Assembly (NCBI RefSeq): GCF_964355755.1
Contig: NC_092679.1
Location: 17,715,432 to 17,779,431 of the forward strand
Source: Antedon mediterranea
Lineage: Eukaryota; Animalia; Echinodermata
DNA length: 64,000 bases
Direction: 5' to 3'
A program made the position numbers and the translations under genes. Of this stretch, positions 1 through 13,300 are shown in pieces (position 1 is the first letter of the stretch; each line of letters starts with the position of its first letter). The notes beneath the pieces are model-generated. The model made no database searches, was not told the DNA's origin, and saw nothing but the letters and a program-made list of their open reading frames with translations.

Positions 1-124
1 CAATCACAAGCGATGGCTTATTCGCTTGTGATTGCTAACTGTCTATAACTTCGCTTGTCATTGGTTAAAACGCTTGCGTTGCGTTTACGTCCTTGCGTTA
101 CGTTCTAGTGGGAACCAAGCTTTA
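1..124. mobile_element. MITE family A (PIF/Harbinger-like termini), truncated by window edge
   Basis: Near-identical to 33382-33505; ends in TIR AGTGGGAACCAAGCTTTA. Confidence 0.85.
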
Positions 125-482
125 AGGCCAGTTGACACAGACGAGCGGTAGCGGTAATAAAAAAATATAGAATATATGTTGTTCCTTCTGACTATTTACA
201 CAAAACGCGGAGCGGACGGGCGATCTCCGCTCATGAGTACATAATATTCTACGTGGGACGCTAAAGCTTGGTTCCCACTAGCGACGCAACTTAAGAAAAT
301 GCCCTTCCAAAAATGGTGTTTGCCTCCGCCTGCGTGAAATCAAACCTGCGATTTTTTCAGCACTTTTGCGTCGTCGGTTCCCATTTGTGATTACGCAATA
401 TATCACTTTGCGTAAATACGTCACTGTGTTGCGTTCTAATGGGAACCACGCTTTACCGTTACCGCTTGTCTGTGTAAATTTG
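124..482. mobile_element. MITE family F containing a nested family-A-type MITE at 262-455
   Basis: TIR-like TTGACACAGACGAGCGGTA / TACCGCTTGTCTGTGTAAA. An uninterrupted inverted relative lies at ~58720-58873. The nested unit has AAGCTTGGTTCCCACTAG / TAATGGGAACCACGCTT ends. Confidence 0.7.
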
Positions 483-502
483 TTTTTATTGGCTATACTT
501 AC

Positions 503-1506
503 CGCAAGACATTCGATAAAGTCTAACGAATTTGAATCATCGGCATCGATCTCTTTCACAATATTTCGTACTTGCTGCTTTGTAAACAACATTCCGCTGT
601 TGTCCAGAATCTGATCCAATTCCTCTGCATCTATCGTCTGTGAAATATTAACATATTTTTAATTAAATTAAGAGGTGGAACATGAGGATTTTTTGACGAA
701 GTTGGCTTGCCATATTCAATGAAATACAAGGGGGGATTGACAGCTGAAATATTGAATGATACTAACAAACAACATACAATATGTTTAACAGTAGGCCTGT
801 TATTTCTTTCCTTAACTTGTAAAAAAATGTATAATGTACTGGTACATGGTGTATTTATAACTACCACTGTTAGTGGCAATAACTGTGTTGTATAAAATGG
901 ACAATACGGTGTTATCCGCAGTCAATATAAACAAGAAATATTTTTTACAAAAAACGCTGCTTGCTTGTTGGCTTAAAGATACATTATTTAATTTATAGAT
1001 TTGACAGTGAATTATTACCATACTGGCCTAGGTTGACAGCAAGAACAAAGTCATTATTTACAGATTACTATATATTCATCTATTTAATAAATACTGTATT
1101 ATCAGCAAATCTTTTCATAGACTCTCTTCTCCCAGACGTGCTTTGGGGTGTTTAATTTTAGTAATGAACCGTCCTAGTTTTTTATCAAAAACGTCGGCCT
1201 CTAGAACTATAACTGCTGCTTGCGTATAGCTTCTGAATGAGTAGTTTCTCTTGGGACGTGGCTGGCTGAAGCAGCAGCGTGAACAATAGATACAAATAAT
1301 ACTATTAGGCCTGTACACCCCATCGTACACTAGAACAGTTAGAAACAACTACAAGAGGCAGGATACTTAAACTAGTTGGATGGCGCTCATCGGTAGTCTC
1401 AACCCGTTTTACTCACAAAAATCAATAATCTACGTATCTAAATAAATCCAACAGTTGCAAGAAGTTAGCATCCACTTTACCTGACTAAAACGATTATATT
1501 CGAAGT

Positions 1507-1564
<58 letters not shown>

Positions 1565-4500
1565 ATATATAATAATATATAATAATATATAATAAATTAT
1601 GAATCGAATGTTTTAACCGATGTGGGAATAAATCAACGTCAATGTGTTTAAAAGTAGGCCTACTTTAGCTTTCTATCTATCAAGATATCATTTACAGGAA
1701 GGGGATGGGTGGTGGGGTTTATTCATCCTTGACGTCACAACCCATTTGGCACAAAGGAGTATATAGGCCTATAGTAGGCTAACGTGTTCGGATTAATCAG
1801 GCGGTGTGCATTTGAGGTGACCAGTGGAAATGTTTGTTTCTTTAAGGTTCAGTAACGTCAGTTCATCGGATTCACTTGGTCGAATTTTATTTATTTTTTA
1901 ATCGTGCATCCATTCATCAGGGAGATGTTCCTGCATGCATACAGATAAATTGGTTAATTAAAGGATGACTCCAGAGTTTAAAATTTCTATTAAATTATTG
2001 ACCATTGGGCGCGCCTATGATGTTCTTACCCCGTCGTTGTTGACATCTGCTTCGATAAACTTCGCTTCAGCAGCAAGCAGAACTGACAGCCGAAGCATTG
2101 GATATTTTTCGGCTATTTCCTATTATTAGATAGATAGATAGAATTTTCAATTGTGTTATAACAAAAAAAATCAATAATGGTTTACGAATGTTTTTTAAGA
2201 AGGTGGGGGGCGGATGTGTCATCACTTCGTGATATTCCGTTGAGTGTATTAACAGTAAACTTGAGTTGAAAAGTATGATTGGTTAGGCCTACATATATCA
2301 TATAGAAGTATTATAGGCCTTAGAACATCCGAGACACCCAACAATTTGTCCCCTTCCCCCACCCCCTTAGGGTCGTGTTCCATAATTGAGGTGTCCGAAC
2401 GAAAGTTCTACTGTAGTTTTCAGTAGTTATTACTTAAAGATGTATTCAAGTTGGCATCCATTATATAAAACAAAAATTCAATTATATTGCGTAGGCCCTT
2501 ATTCATTAAATTTTACCTTATAATATTAAGTAGGCCCTTTACCTTATAATATGTGTACGTGTCTTTGGTTGGTACCGAAGCGGCTTCAGTCTCTTTGGTG
2601 GCGCTCTTTAAATTTGCTTTACTTGTTGCACCTTTTCTCGGTGTTTTCCTGGTATGCGCATGTCTTGATGTCTTTGGTCTGGTATGCTTTTTCTTCTGTA
2701 AAAATAATAATAAATAATTTTAAAATAACCATTAAAAACGCCTAAAATGTAGAACAAACTGCCTTCATCTTTCTGCGGCTATCTATGAGTCGCGGTTCTG
2801 GCAACATTGTCTACTTCTCTCGACAAGGGCTTGATATTTTCCACATCATTCTACCCTTTTTGTGGTTTTTTTTTATGCAGTGTATAGTTTTAGGATATAC
2901 AGTTTTTATATTTGTGTTTATTTGTGATACCTGCGATGGTAAGGGTCATATACTTAAAATAAAATAAGATGAATGTTCATTTTAGTGGTTTGGAATGCAG
3001 TTTAAGAATTAGTTAAATATTGACTTAATTCTTATTTGTTTTCTTCACCACTTCACCCGGATCTAGGTTATTTCTCCGCAACCTTAGTATTTTTTCAAGC
3101 TTGCAATATTGGTCAACATAGTTGTGGATACGGAATATGTTTAAATGCCATGTAAGAGAATTATACTGTATATTTGAGGGCAAGTGTGTTTCAAAAAAAT
3201 AAATAGAAATGTTTTATGTATATTAATAATGGTTTAGAAAGGTAGCCTTTATTTATTTATCTATTTATATTTAAATGTTTAGGGGCTGAACTTGATTAGT
3301 TTTAACTATTTTTAGCCCTTCCCTTGATATATTTATTATTATTTGTATATTTATGGGTAAATAAAGAAAGAAAGAAAACTATCTAGGCTTTAAATGAAAC
3401 TAAAATGTTTATATTAATTTATATACTATAATGCCTATACTAATAGGCCTACTTCATAAAAAAAGTAGATTCATAATTCATCGATGAAACACGATGGATT
3501 GTGAAGGGTTTCTTTACCATGTTTGGCGATCCATTTGTTAGTTGCTGCTCAGGATTTGCGGCTTGTTGTGCTGCTTTCATCTTTTCTTTTTCCGTTTTTC
3601 TTTCTTCCTTGATACTCGCTAGCTAAATTGGTAATTGGAAATATTAAGTATTTTGTTATGAACTATTTTCATTTAAAATGATAAAATTGTTTAAAATTAA
3701 AAAAAAGTTCAAGTTTATATATTAATATATTATTAAACATAAATTTGGTTTAATGATAATGTATGTAGGCATATAAACAACAGAATATGTATAGAAAATA
3801 TGTATAAGAACTAAAAGGTTTTGGAAATATATTAAAAGAAAATATGTATAAAAATCATACAAATTATGGTAAATAATGATACAGAATAGAGAAATGATTA
3901 CAACAACAAAATCATGTATGTAAACATGATAAAAAAATAATGTTAGAAAAACTATGTGTTTTTTATTTCAAAAAGTTACATAATGGAAATAAAAGTGTGA
4001 TGAATCCACATAAGACAAACAAAAGCTATTGTCATTAGTTGTTTAACATGCAACAAATCCCCCCCCCCCCCTCCCCAGGCAGTCGGACCTGTCTACTCCA
4101 TGTTGCTCATTAAGGCGTAACCTGTTTTTATACAGTAAAGTTTTTTTACAACCCCCACTGAGCTTTTATATTGTGTTGTCTTTTTCGTTTCTATCCATTG
4201 TTGTTATATTTTTAATTGTAATTGTTGTGTATTCAGAAGAAGATTGACTAAAATGTCAGAAAAACAATGTCATATTATCGGTAACCTGCATCTTATTCGC
4301 TTAAATATTTGTATAATAAGTAGGGTCAATCGCAACTACGATAATAACGATAGCAACTATATAGGTTATGTTTATATCAACCAAATAATTTGTCAATAAT
4401 AAACGTCTGATTAATTTATGTTTTCTTTCAAAGATTGGTTACAATTTAACATGGTAACATGTTCAATATTCTTTGAGTGAAATCAAGTCAAACTGTTATT

Positions 4501-5331
4501 GATAATAAATGCTTTTTAAAATCAGTCCTTTTCTTTTTCTTGTTGTTTGATTAGCCGTTCTCAATTGAGAACATCAGGCTGTCATTGACTGAAGTTACAT
4601 TGCCTTTGCGTGAGAGAGACCCAACTTATGTGCATCATAGATGTATTTATTTTAATTAATTTATTTATTTTTATTAAACTTTGTTTAATAAGGGTGACTC
4701 AAAACAGCCGAAGCTGACATGTATGAGGCCCTCAAAACGTAAACGATACAAATACGAAAAGACGAGAAAAGGGATATAAAAAAAGGTGAAAAAAGGAACA
4801 ATCGAATGGAGTAGGCATTATACTAAATATAATTAGACATAGGCCATACAATAATTTTCGAATGAACTCAATTCTGTAATGAAAAAAGGGCTAAAACTAT
4901 GAATTATTGAGTTAATTTAGTATAGGGGTCAGAGAAATCTCGTCTCTTCGTAGCTCATCTAGTTCGGCACAACATGACGCACATAATTATGGGAATTTCA
5001 ATTATCTGTCTAATAGTTCCACCGTGTAAACATTCATACAATAATATTTAATGTGTTACAACATTCGTGTTTGTGTACATAGTGTACGAAAAGGCGGCAA
5101 ATTTAGACGGTTCGTGATTTGACAGTGGTGTCACCAACCTACCTCTTTCTCCATTTTGTCAATCTGTTGCATTAAACCATAATTTCTGCTTCTAGTACTG
5201 GTTAGTTCCTTTTCTTTTTCAGCAAGCTGTGTGCTTATTGCCTCTTTTTCTTTCAGTATAAGAACAAATTGTGATGTACTCTCGCTTCTGGTTTCTGTGT
5301 GTCCCCCTTCCCCACTAGATATGCTCTCCAT
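503..5331 (-). CDS. Uncharacterised coiled-coil / EF-hand-pair calcium-binding protein (5 coding exons seen, 3' end beyond window start)
   Basis: Minus-strand phase-0 exons with GT/AG ends: 5331-5143 (MESISSG...DKMEKE), 3622-3518 (LASIKEE...GSPNM), 2695-2543 (KKKHTRP...YTYYK), 2119-2030 (EIAEKYP...EADVNNDG), 637-503 (TIDAEEL...FIECLA). Splicing gives two canonical EF loops, DVNNDGTIDAEE and DADDSNSLDFIE. Confidence 0.8.
1510..1595. repeat. (TA)n microsatellite decaying into AT-rich repeat
   Basis: Direct read. Confidence 0.95.
3040..3377 (+). mobile_element. Degenerate LINE (CR1/L2-like) 3' end
   Basis: Stem AGGGGCTGAA...TTTAGCCCTT, AATAAA and (GAAA)n tail. Confidence 0.4.
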
Positions 5332-6519
5332 TTTTGCGAAAATTGACCGGAAAACGTTATATGTTATATATGATAATAATTATTAGGCCTGTTCTAGTTG
5401 ACGACAGAGATTCCAATAGGCTGTGTTTACTATCATTAAGGTAGATTGTCTCCTCTGACGCATCGAACCGTTTATTTAAGCATGTAACATATTACCTATT
5501 GACAATAACAAAGTCGTTAACGAACAATGCGCATTATGTTTGCTTAGCGCATACCAACTTTGTTTGTTATATATTTTAACTATTCTATTTGTTGACTTGA
5601 CGACTATAACTGTAGCTATTCATTGGTCACATCAGAGATTATAGTTTGTGTACAAAGAAATAATGAAACCGTTGTTTCATTGTTGTGACGTATTACAATT
5701 TCAATCTAGCCCCCTCTTTAGTTTCTACGATCCTTGGATTTTTAGTCTATGATCGGAACAGAATAAAAAAAAACCAAAAAAAACCCCCACTGAGCTTTTA
5801 TATTGTGTTGTCTTTTTCGTTTCTATCCATTGTTGTTATATTTTTAATTGTAATTGTTGTGTATTCAGAAGAAGATTGAACAAGAAATATTTCTTACAAA
5901 AAACGCTGCTCGCTTATTGAAAAATATTTTTTATTTCAAATGTTTTTGAATGTGTCATTTTATTGTCACATAATAGTTATTTTACCTGAAAAAAATGTAA
6001 TTTAAAGCAACAAATACTTAAATTGTCTGTCAGACAATGGTTTTGGGGTTTCTTTTCTTTTTTTATAGGCCTATGTGAATACTAAATATTATTTTTTTGT
6101 TACAGAAGTGAATACTCAATTTCTGTCACTTTAGATTGCTAAGGTCAAATCTGGGGGGTCACTTCATCACCCTAGATATTTCAATTGTGAAGTATCCTAT
6201 TACAAACACAAACTTTAATGGACTGTTTCGATAATAATTCAATGAATATCTGACAGTGAATATACCAGAAATGCTTTGGGATTTGTAATTTTAGCATGAC
6301 ATGTCCTAATAGACTCTTTCCCAGACGTTTTTTGGGTCTACTGTAGCAGCTGGAATCAATAAATTATAGTGGAGTTTCCATTTTCACAAAACTGTCTGTC
6401 CTTAGAACTATAACTGCTGCTTGCTTTAGCTTCTGATTGAGTAGTCCTAATGGGACGTAGCCGGCTAGAGCAGCAGCGTGAAAAAAAAAAGGAGGTTCGC
6501 GTCTAGTGGGTTTTAAATC

Positions 6520-6764
6520 ATTATAGAGGGCGTGTGGTGCAATTGGATTTCCTTTCCAACAGCGAGCTGTGTGAGAGAGTGCGCGAGATCGACTTCTGCT
6601 GAGTGCTGATTGTGTGAATGGATGGAAACTGTGATGTTTTGTTGTGTTATGATGGCCTAGCTAAAGAAAGTTATTTTTGGGCTTTAAAATATCATACTGT
6701 AGAGTATATTTAATCCATTATTTACACACGGATATAATAGATAAATTATTAGTTATTTGAAAAG
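6520..6764 (+). promoter_or_regulatory. Putative HECTD1 promoter and non-coding first exon
   Basis: GC-box-like GAGGGCGTG (6526), inverted CCAAT ATTGG (6542), locally CpG-richer, donor AAG|GTATTG at 6764/6765 and acceptor CAG at 7319 just before the ATG exon. Confidence 0.5.
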
Positions 6765-7377
6765 GTATTGTATAAATTATTTTTTGATTTTGTAAGTACT
6801 ATAAAATAGATAATTTAATGTCTTCTGTCGTATCTAGAGAGGCCTAACCTATGCCTAGGCCTACCTAGGCCTAGTAGTAGCTACAAGTGTAGTGTAGGCT
6901 AGGCTAGATAGTCTAAATTAGCATGTACTCGACGACTTATCTATGTCTAGGTACTAGGCTACTATACTATGGGCACGGCCTATTAAGACAACAATTACTA
7001 TGCATTTATTTATTTTCAAACGGGACTATTTATAGAATTTAAAAATATTTAGGCCTAGGTAGCTAGGCTAGAGGCTAGGGCCAGGCCTATAAGTAAAGAA
7101 GCCCGATGTCTTTTTATGTTGTCATTGGTTGTTTGTCTAACTTTATATTTTGTATTAGGCTACTGTCAATTTGTAAAAGAAAACAAAAGAGAGAAGATAT
7201 TTGATGATTATTGTTATTTATTTTATAGTGTAACATTATTATGTATTGTTCTGTGTCGATAAATATTAGAAAATAATATATTGCATTTAATGTTTTTAAT
7301 TTGTTTACAAAAATAACAGTTTGAAACTCATTGAGTCGTGCAGGAGGGATTGCCATTATTTTAAGGTGTAGGCTAAG

Positions 7378-10300
7378 ATGGCTGACGTGGACCCTGAAAC
7401 GTTACTAGAATGGCTACAGATGGGCCAGGGAGAGGAGCGGGACATGCAACTTATTGCATTGGAACAGCTTTGTATGCTTCTGCTAATGTCGGATAATGTG
7501 GATCGCTGTTTCGAAAGGTACGTACAGTACTGTTCCGCTATTATGAGTATGACTATTTTTTTCAATCTAAATTCTGGTCAGGCCTTTTTCTTTACACATG
7601 TTGTAATAATAAAGATAGTAATGTATGCCAGATTTGTAACATTTTTTACTGTATTTGTTTATTATTATATTTATTCAATGACAGTATAATACTTAATACT
7701 AAATAGAACCCTTTTAAGGGGACACCTTTGGGGCCTACAGTTACAAAGGTGTCCCCTGAATAGTGGTTGGCTGTTACAGTGTTAAAATGTACATTTGCGC
7801 TTGTTTGATTTTTAAGACAATAATTGGGATGTCCCTATGTGTTCCAAAGAAAATGTTCTACTGTACTGCTATTGTATACTGGCCCAGTTTGTTTGTTTGT
7901 TTTTATTGATTTTCCACACAAAATGAATATTATAATTAAGTAACAATAAACATACAAGAAAGATGTGTGGCTGGTGGGAAAATAAGTTCAAAGAACTTAA
8001 AGGCTTACCCACCAGAAAAGATACAATAAACATTATCAAGTATGACGAGTAATTAATACATAGTAAGAATATAAAATAAGAAGTAAAAATACATAGTAAA
8101 ATAAAAAATTTAAAAAGGTAGATAAATAAGAAAAACAGTAGTATAAGTCATTAAAATGTAATAGTAATCCCACTACCAATATGGAATAATTTGCATGTAA
8201 AATGATATGAAGTAAACACATTACATTTTAAGCTTTTATTGGAAACCCAGTGCACTGTATTAAAAAGATAAAAATCACTGTCTGCTTATTGAAGGCTTTG
8301 CTTTGTCCTGGTTTTCTCCTTTGTGTACAACAGAACAAAGCTTTACAGTGTGAACCAGAATAACAGGTTGTTGTACCTTGGACCTGCTTCTCCCCCCATT
8401 TGATTGAACTGAAATTTAATTTAACATTATATTTAACCTTCTTTTGTTGCTGTATGCTATTATAGTTAGGTAGTATAGTAACAGTTGCTTCTCTTCTATA
8501 TTAGTTCAGCATAGTATTCCTATTTACACTAGCTATGTGTGAACCCATGGTACTTTGTGCTGTGTTTCAGACTAACGTACTTAAAGTAATATAGTTTGTG
8601 ACAGTCTGAGTAAACACAGTTACTTATTTTACATATCAATACGATTGAGTGAAAGCTGTACTGTACAACACAGTACAGTTAGTAGGCTACATACATTCTT
8701 CTCAAAGGTTTTATATGTGGTTATGGACAAAAGAGTGGGAAACCACCTGGTGGTACAGTATACATACAGTACAGGTACATTGTTTTGAAATATAGATACA
8801 CTTTTATAATCCAATAAATTTAATTTTCACTCATGTATAAATTTACGTAAGGGCACAATTCCGTAAATCGTGAGTTCTAGAATATTTACTCGATGGTATA
8901 TAAATTTGTTTCGTACAGTACTTTTGGTACTGATTTTAACCACCTGATGTAACCCTGTTTACTAATTAAATTGAGTTAGATAATTAGTTATTGACAATTG
9001 AAACGAATTTAGGTTCAACAATTTGCCCCAAATGGGATGTTTTCTGATCGTGGTATACACCGTCTAATAGATGTTGTCCATCTTGAAAAATACCCGCACA
9101 ATAATATGAGGATGCTTCGCATTTACCTATCTCCTTCTACAATAATTGTTTTTAATAGCTGAAGACCGGTTGAACAGCTCAAGTACAGCATCATAATGTT
9201 GAAAACCGCCGATTTTCTTTAAAAAAATACTATTTTGATAGATTTAATATACATTTATTTTTACAAATGTATTGATTTGCAATGAATGGAACATTCCAAT
9301 CTGTCAGTTTCTCCCAGTTTAACACAAGTAGGTAAATTTATTGGCCCTTAGGGATAAACTTACGTAAAACCTTTACTGTAGATACAGTATTGCAATTTAT
9401 TTTGACAATACTGTAAATACGTATTAACAATTTTTGGTCGCCATTTGAATGGCAAATTTCTTACTGTGAGTGTGGGTACTGACACTGTTATATATATAAA
9501 CACATACAGATAAACTTTATTACTGACAGTTGCTTCTCAACGTTGGTATTAATAATTACAAAAAAATATAGACGTTGTAGTTGGTGTATCGTTACAAGTT
9601 CCTGTACTTTACTATTTCAATAGACTATGTGACAGTTTTAACAAGGTATTAAATTATGTTTTATTGTATATTATGTGGTTTATTATTTATAGGCATATAA
9701 AACATGAAAACATATTTCGTTACTGAGTAGATAAGAATATATTAAAAAATGTTTCCTCTTTGTACCCATCCTCTTCCTCATCCCTCAACCCTAATTTTAT
9801 ACAAAACACAAATTGGGTAGTTTAAATGAATCTCATTTTGTGACAAATTTCTGATGTTGATCTGTTGATGATTTACAGTAAACTGTGATGATTTGAAAGT
9901 GTAAGAGTATTCTGTCAAATTACAGTACCATCTAATGTCAGTGTCCCTAACCTCTCACTATTATGACTTATTTAACAGAACGTCATTATTACCATGGTTT
10001 ATTTTTAGTACATTCATCTTAATCTGAGGAACACCAATCCCAAAAATAGTTTAAAAGTATATAATCGACTCTCCCAATACCGGACTCTCTGAAAACCGGA
10101 AACTCTCCCAATATCCGAATTCATTTTTACCTTTAAAAACACATTTTAAACACCAGACTTCATGGAAAACCAGACATATTTTGCCAGCCCAGGTGTCTGG
10201 TGTGAGAGAGTTGACTCTGTCAAAAGTACTATCACTGTACAGTACTATAGTTTATACATTTTTGACAACACACTATTAATAATGTACAGTATTCACACCA

Positions 10301-13300
10301 GCAGCGTTCATACTTATGCGATCGTTCATATTTACAGCAGCCATTGTTTCTTATGCACATGACTTATCAACAACTGTTAATGACTTCTGAGTCATAAATT
10401 AAGTGCTCATCATAACAAGTGATGATCTCAAATGTTTCATTTGTTATTAGTATAAGAATTGAACTGAAGAAGACTTTTATTTAGCACATTTTTAAAAGTG
10501 TACAGTATATTGGGTTTGGAATTATTATTTATGTTTAAATGTAGATGTACATTGTTCCCCCAAAATCATGAAAAATAAAGATTTATAAAGTCAGACTAGG
10601 TCATTTTTAATGAAATTATTCACTTCCATAAGAAAAAAAGATAAAAAAAACACAATAATTTCACTTACACTACAGTATAGAAAAGACAAAATTAAAAATT
10701 AAATTTAACCAAAAAGAGAATTTAAAATTTTTTTCTTTAAATTACAGTTTTCTCTGGTAAATATTTTTTTTTTCGATCCAATTTTTGGTCAAATTGAAAA
10801 ATTATTATGTGATATTAAAATAGCATATTCAGTGCAGTTGCATGTACTGTACAACAATTATACAAATAACAATTAAAAAGTCAAGGATATTAATTAATTT
10901 TATAGAATAATTAAATTTTATGAAATTGACTATACGGTATTGTAGAATACAAAAAAATATATAATTTAATTTGTAGAATGCATTTTAATAAGTTCAGGTT
11001 TAATTGGTACTGTCCTTGTAAAGAAATAGCCTATTCTAGGCCGATGTCAGTCTATCCCGTTATTTATTACAAACTGCTATGTTTACATTTCCATATCTAT
11101 TCATGTAAAATGCAGTCAATCTTACAGTTTATAATTATGCCATGTTCAAAATGTCATATAACGTTAAATCAAGCTTCGCAGAAAATCATCCAGCCATTGT
11201 TTTATCGGCCAAACATTATTTGGGACACACAGTCACAATGGCCTCCTTGCTAACAATAGGGACTTTACGAAACATGACGGTTAGAGGAGGACGAAGAATA
11301 TCCTGTGTTCGTTAGAGCGTGAAATCATACAGTCAACATAGCCTTATTTATTAGTTACGCACCGTTGCACGAAGACGACGACCGGCAGTCTCTCCCATGT
11401 CTCGTGGTGCGGGGCCCTTCTGAATCGCTTGACTCTGGTGATAAATCATAAGCCTAGCCTTCCTAGCTAGGGCCTCGCATTCAAACACCGCTTTTAACAC
11501 AGCCATTTTAACCCAATAAACATTTTATTTCATTAAACAATTAAATTAGAAGTTCAAATATTATTTATTGTTTTGAAAATTCCATGTTTAAGTGTAATTT
11601 GAACTGTATATTTAAGGTTATATAATATAAATTATTTCTAGTTGTAAACAAGAAAATGGCAACTTTATCGTTCTCAAAAAGTTAAGATGACGGAATTTCA
11701 CTCTAAGCTCCGCCCACTTTGTTAAAGGTCATGCATAAATTATTCATGAACACTGTCCTGTGGTTTCCCGTCATGTTTCGTAAAGTCCCTAATAACTTAA
11801 AAGAAGCGTGATAACCCACTGATGCTCCTAAGAATCAAGGAGAGAGCTGTAGACATTGGCAAAGAAACAAAATAAAGTATTTTATTAATAAATTTAGACC
11901 TTTAGAACATGCAAGCTGATCATGACAAAAAAAAAAGTTATTATTTTAAATCTGTGGAACAGCTTGCATGGGTTTAGTTAAATTAAGGACTTACACAGTA
12001 CCCTTTTACAAATTACAGTAAATATTTAGAATAGAAAGTTTTAACAAATTCATGGTAACTGTCTGTATTCTAAAGAATACAATGTACAGTTGTGCAATAG
12101 TAGAATGATTTTATAGAATTGTAAATGGCCAGACTGAATAACAAAGCAGGGTCAATCTCAGGTTTTCTATTCTAAAGCTTGGTTCCCACTAGAACGTAAC
12201 GCAAGGACGTAAACGCAACGCAAGCGTTTTAACCAATGACAAGCGAAGTTATAGACAGTTAGCAATCACAAGCGAATAAGTCATCGCTTGTGATTGGTCA
12301 ATTCACTTGCGTTGCGTTACGTCCCTGCGTTGCGTCGCTAGTGGGAATCACGCTTTAGTAAAGCAGCTAACAATGTTGAGTTTAAAATGTCATATAGTTA
12401 CACTATGGCTGGCTTCCTGTCATCAGATGGTGCTGCATGACATAAGCTGCTAGATTAACAAGATGAATTCTAATCAGCATCGTTCATTTAATCAATGAAT
12501 ACTACTCACGGACAATACGAATATTATAAATAATAAACCAATGTTGCAACGCATACAATTTAAAATGTCTTTTAATCTAAATATTTACAGTACTCGCGGA
12601 CAGTACAAGGAGAACCTCAACACAAACAATCATAATCAAACTGACGTATGTTGCATACTATTTTTAAAGTCTTCAATTCATTCTAAATATTTAGAATAGA
12701 ATACCACTGTACCCAGTCAATAATTAGATGATAGATGTAAGGAATGACAACAATGTTTACATGGGCTGTTTATTTATATTCAATTTATTTTTAGATAATG
12801 TAATTATTATATAAAAAATTGCTGCAAAAATAATTGTTGGTTTTTAAAATATTGGATTACTATTCAATCTTAATATTTAGAATACTACTGTATTCTACCC
12901 AGTCTTGAATAATTAGATGATAGATATAAGGAATTGAAAACCATTACATTGGCTGTTTATTTATATTCAATTTATTTTTAGATAATGTAATTACTACTAT
13001 ACTAAAAAATAATATTAAAATAAGGTTTTAATACTGTTCTACGACACTCACACTAAAGTAATTTCCGTAATATTTTCGGAGGAACCATTCTCCGTCCTCA
13101 ACGGATGTTGGCTGACTGACGACTGATTGACTCCCTACTATTACGGAAATTACTTTAGTGTGAGTGTCGTAGTACAGTATTAAAACCTTATTTTAATGTT
13201 TTTGACCGATATAAATCTCTTCACTCTCGTTTAAAAAATAATAATTGTTTGTTTTTAAAATATTGGATTACTATACAATATAGCTATAGTATAATATGGT

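Noticed and set aside
9880-10450. C/D snoRNA candidates (TGATGA boxes)
   Set aside because: No terminal stem or suitably placed D box with a recognisable rRNA guide seen by eye; snoscan would be needed.
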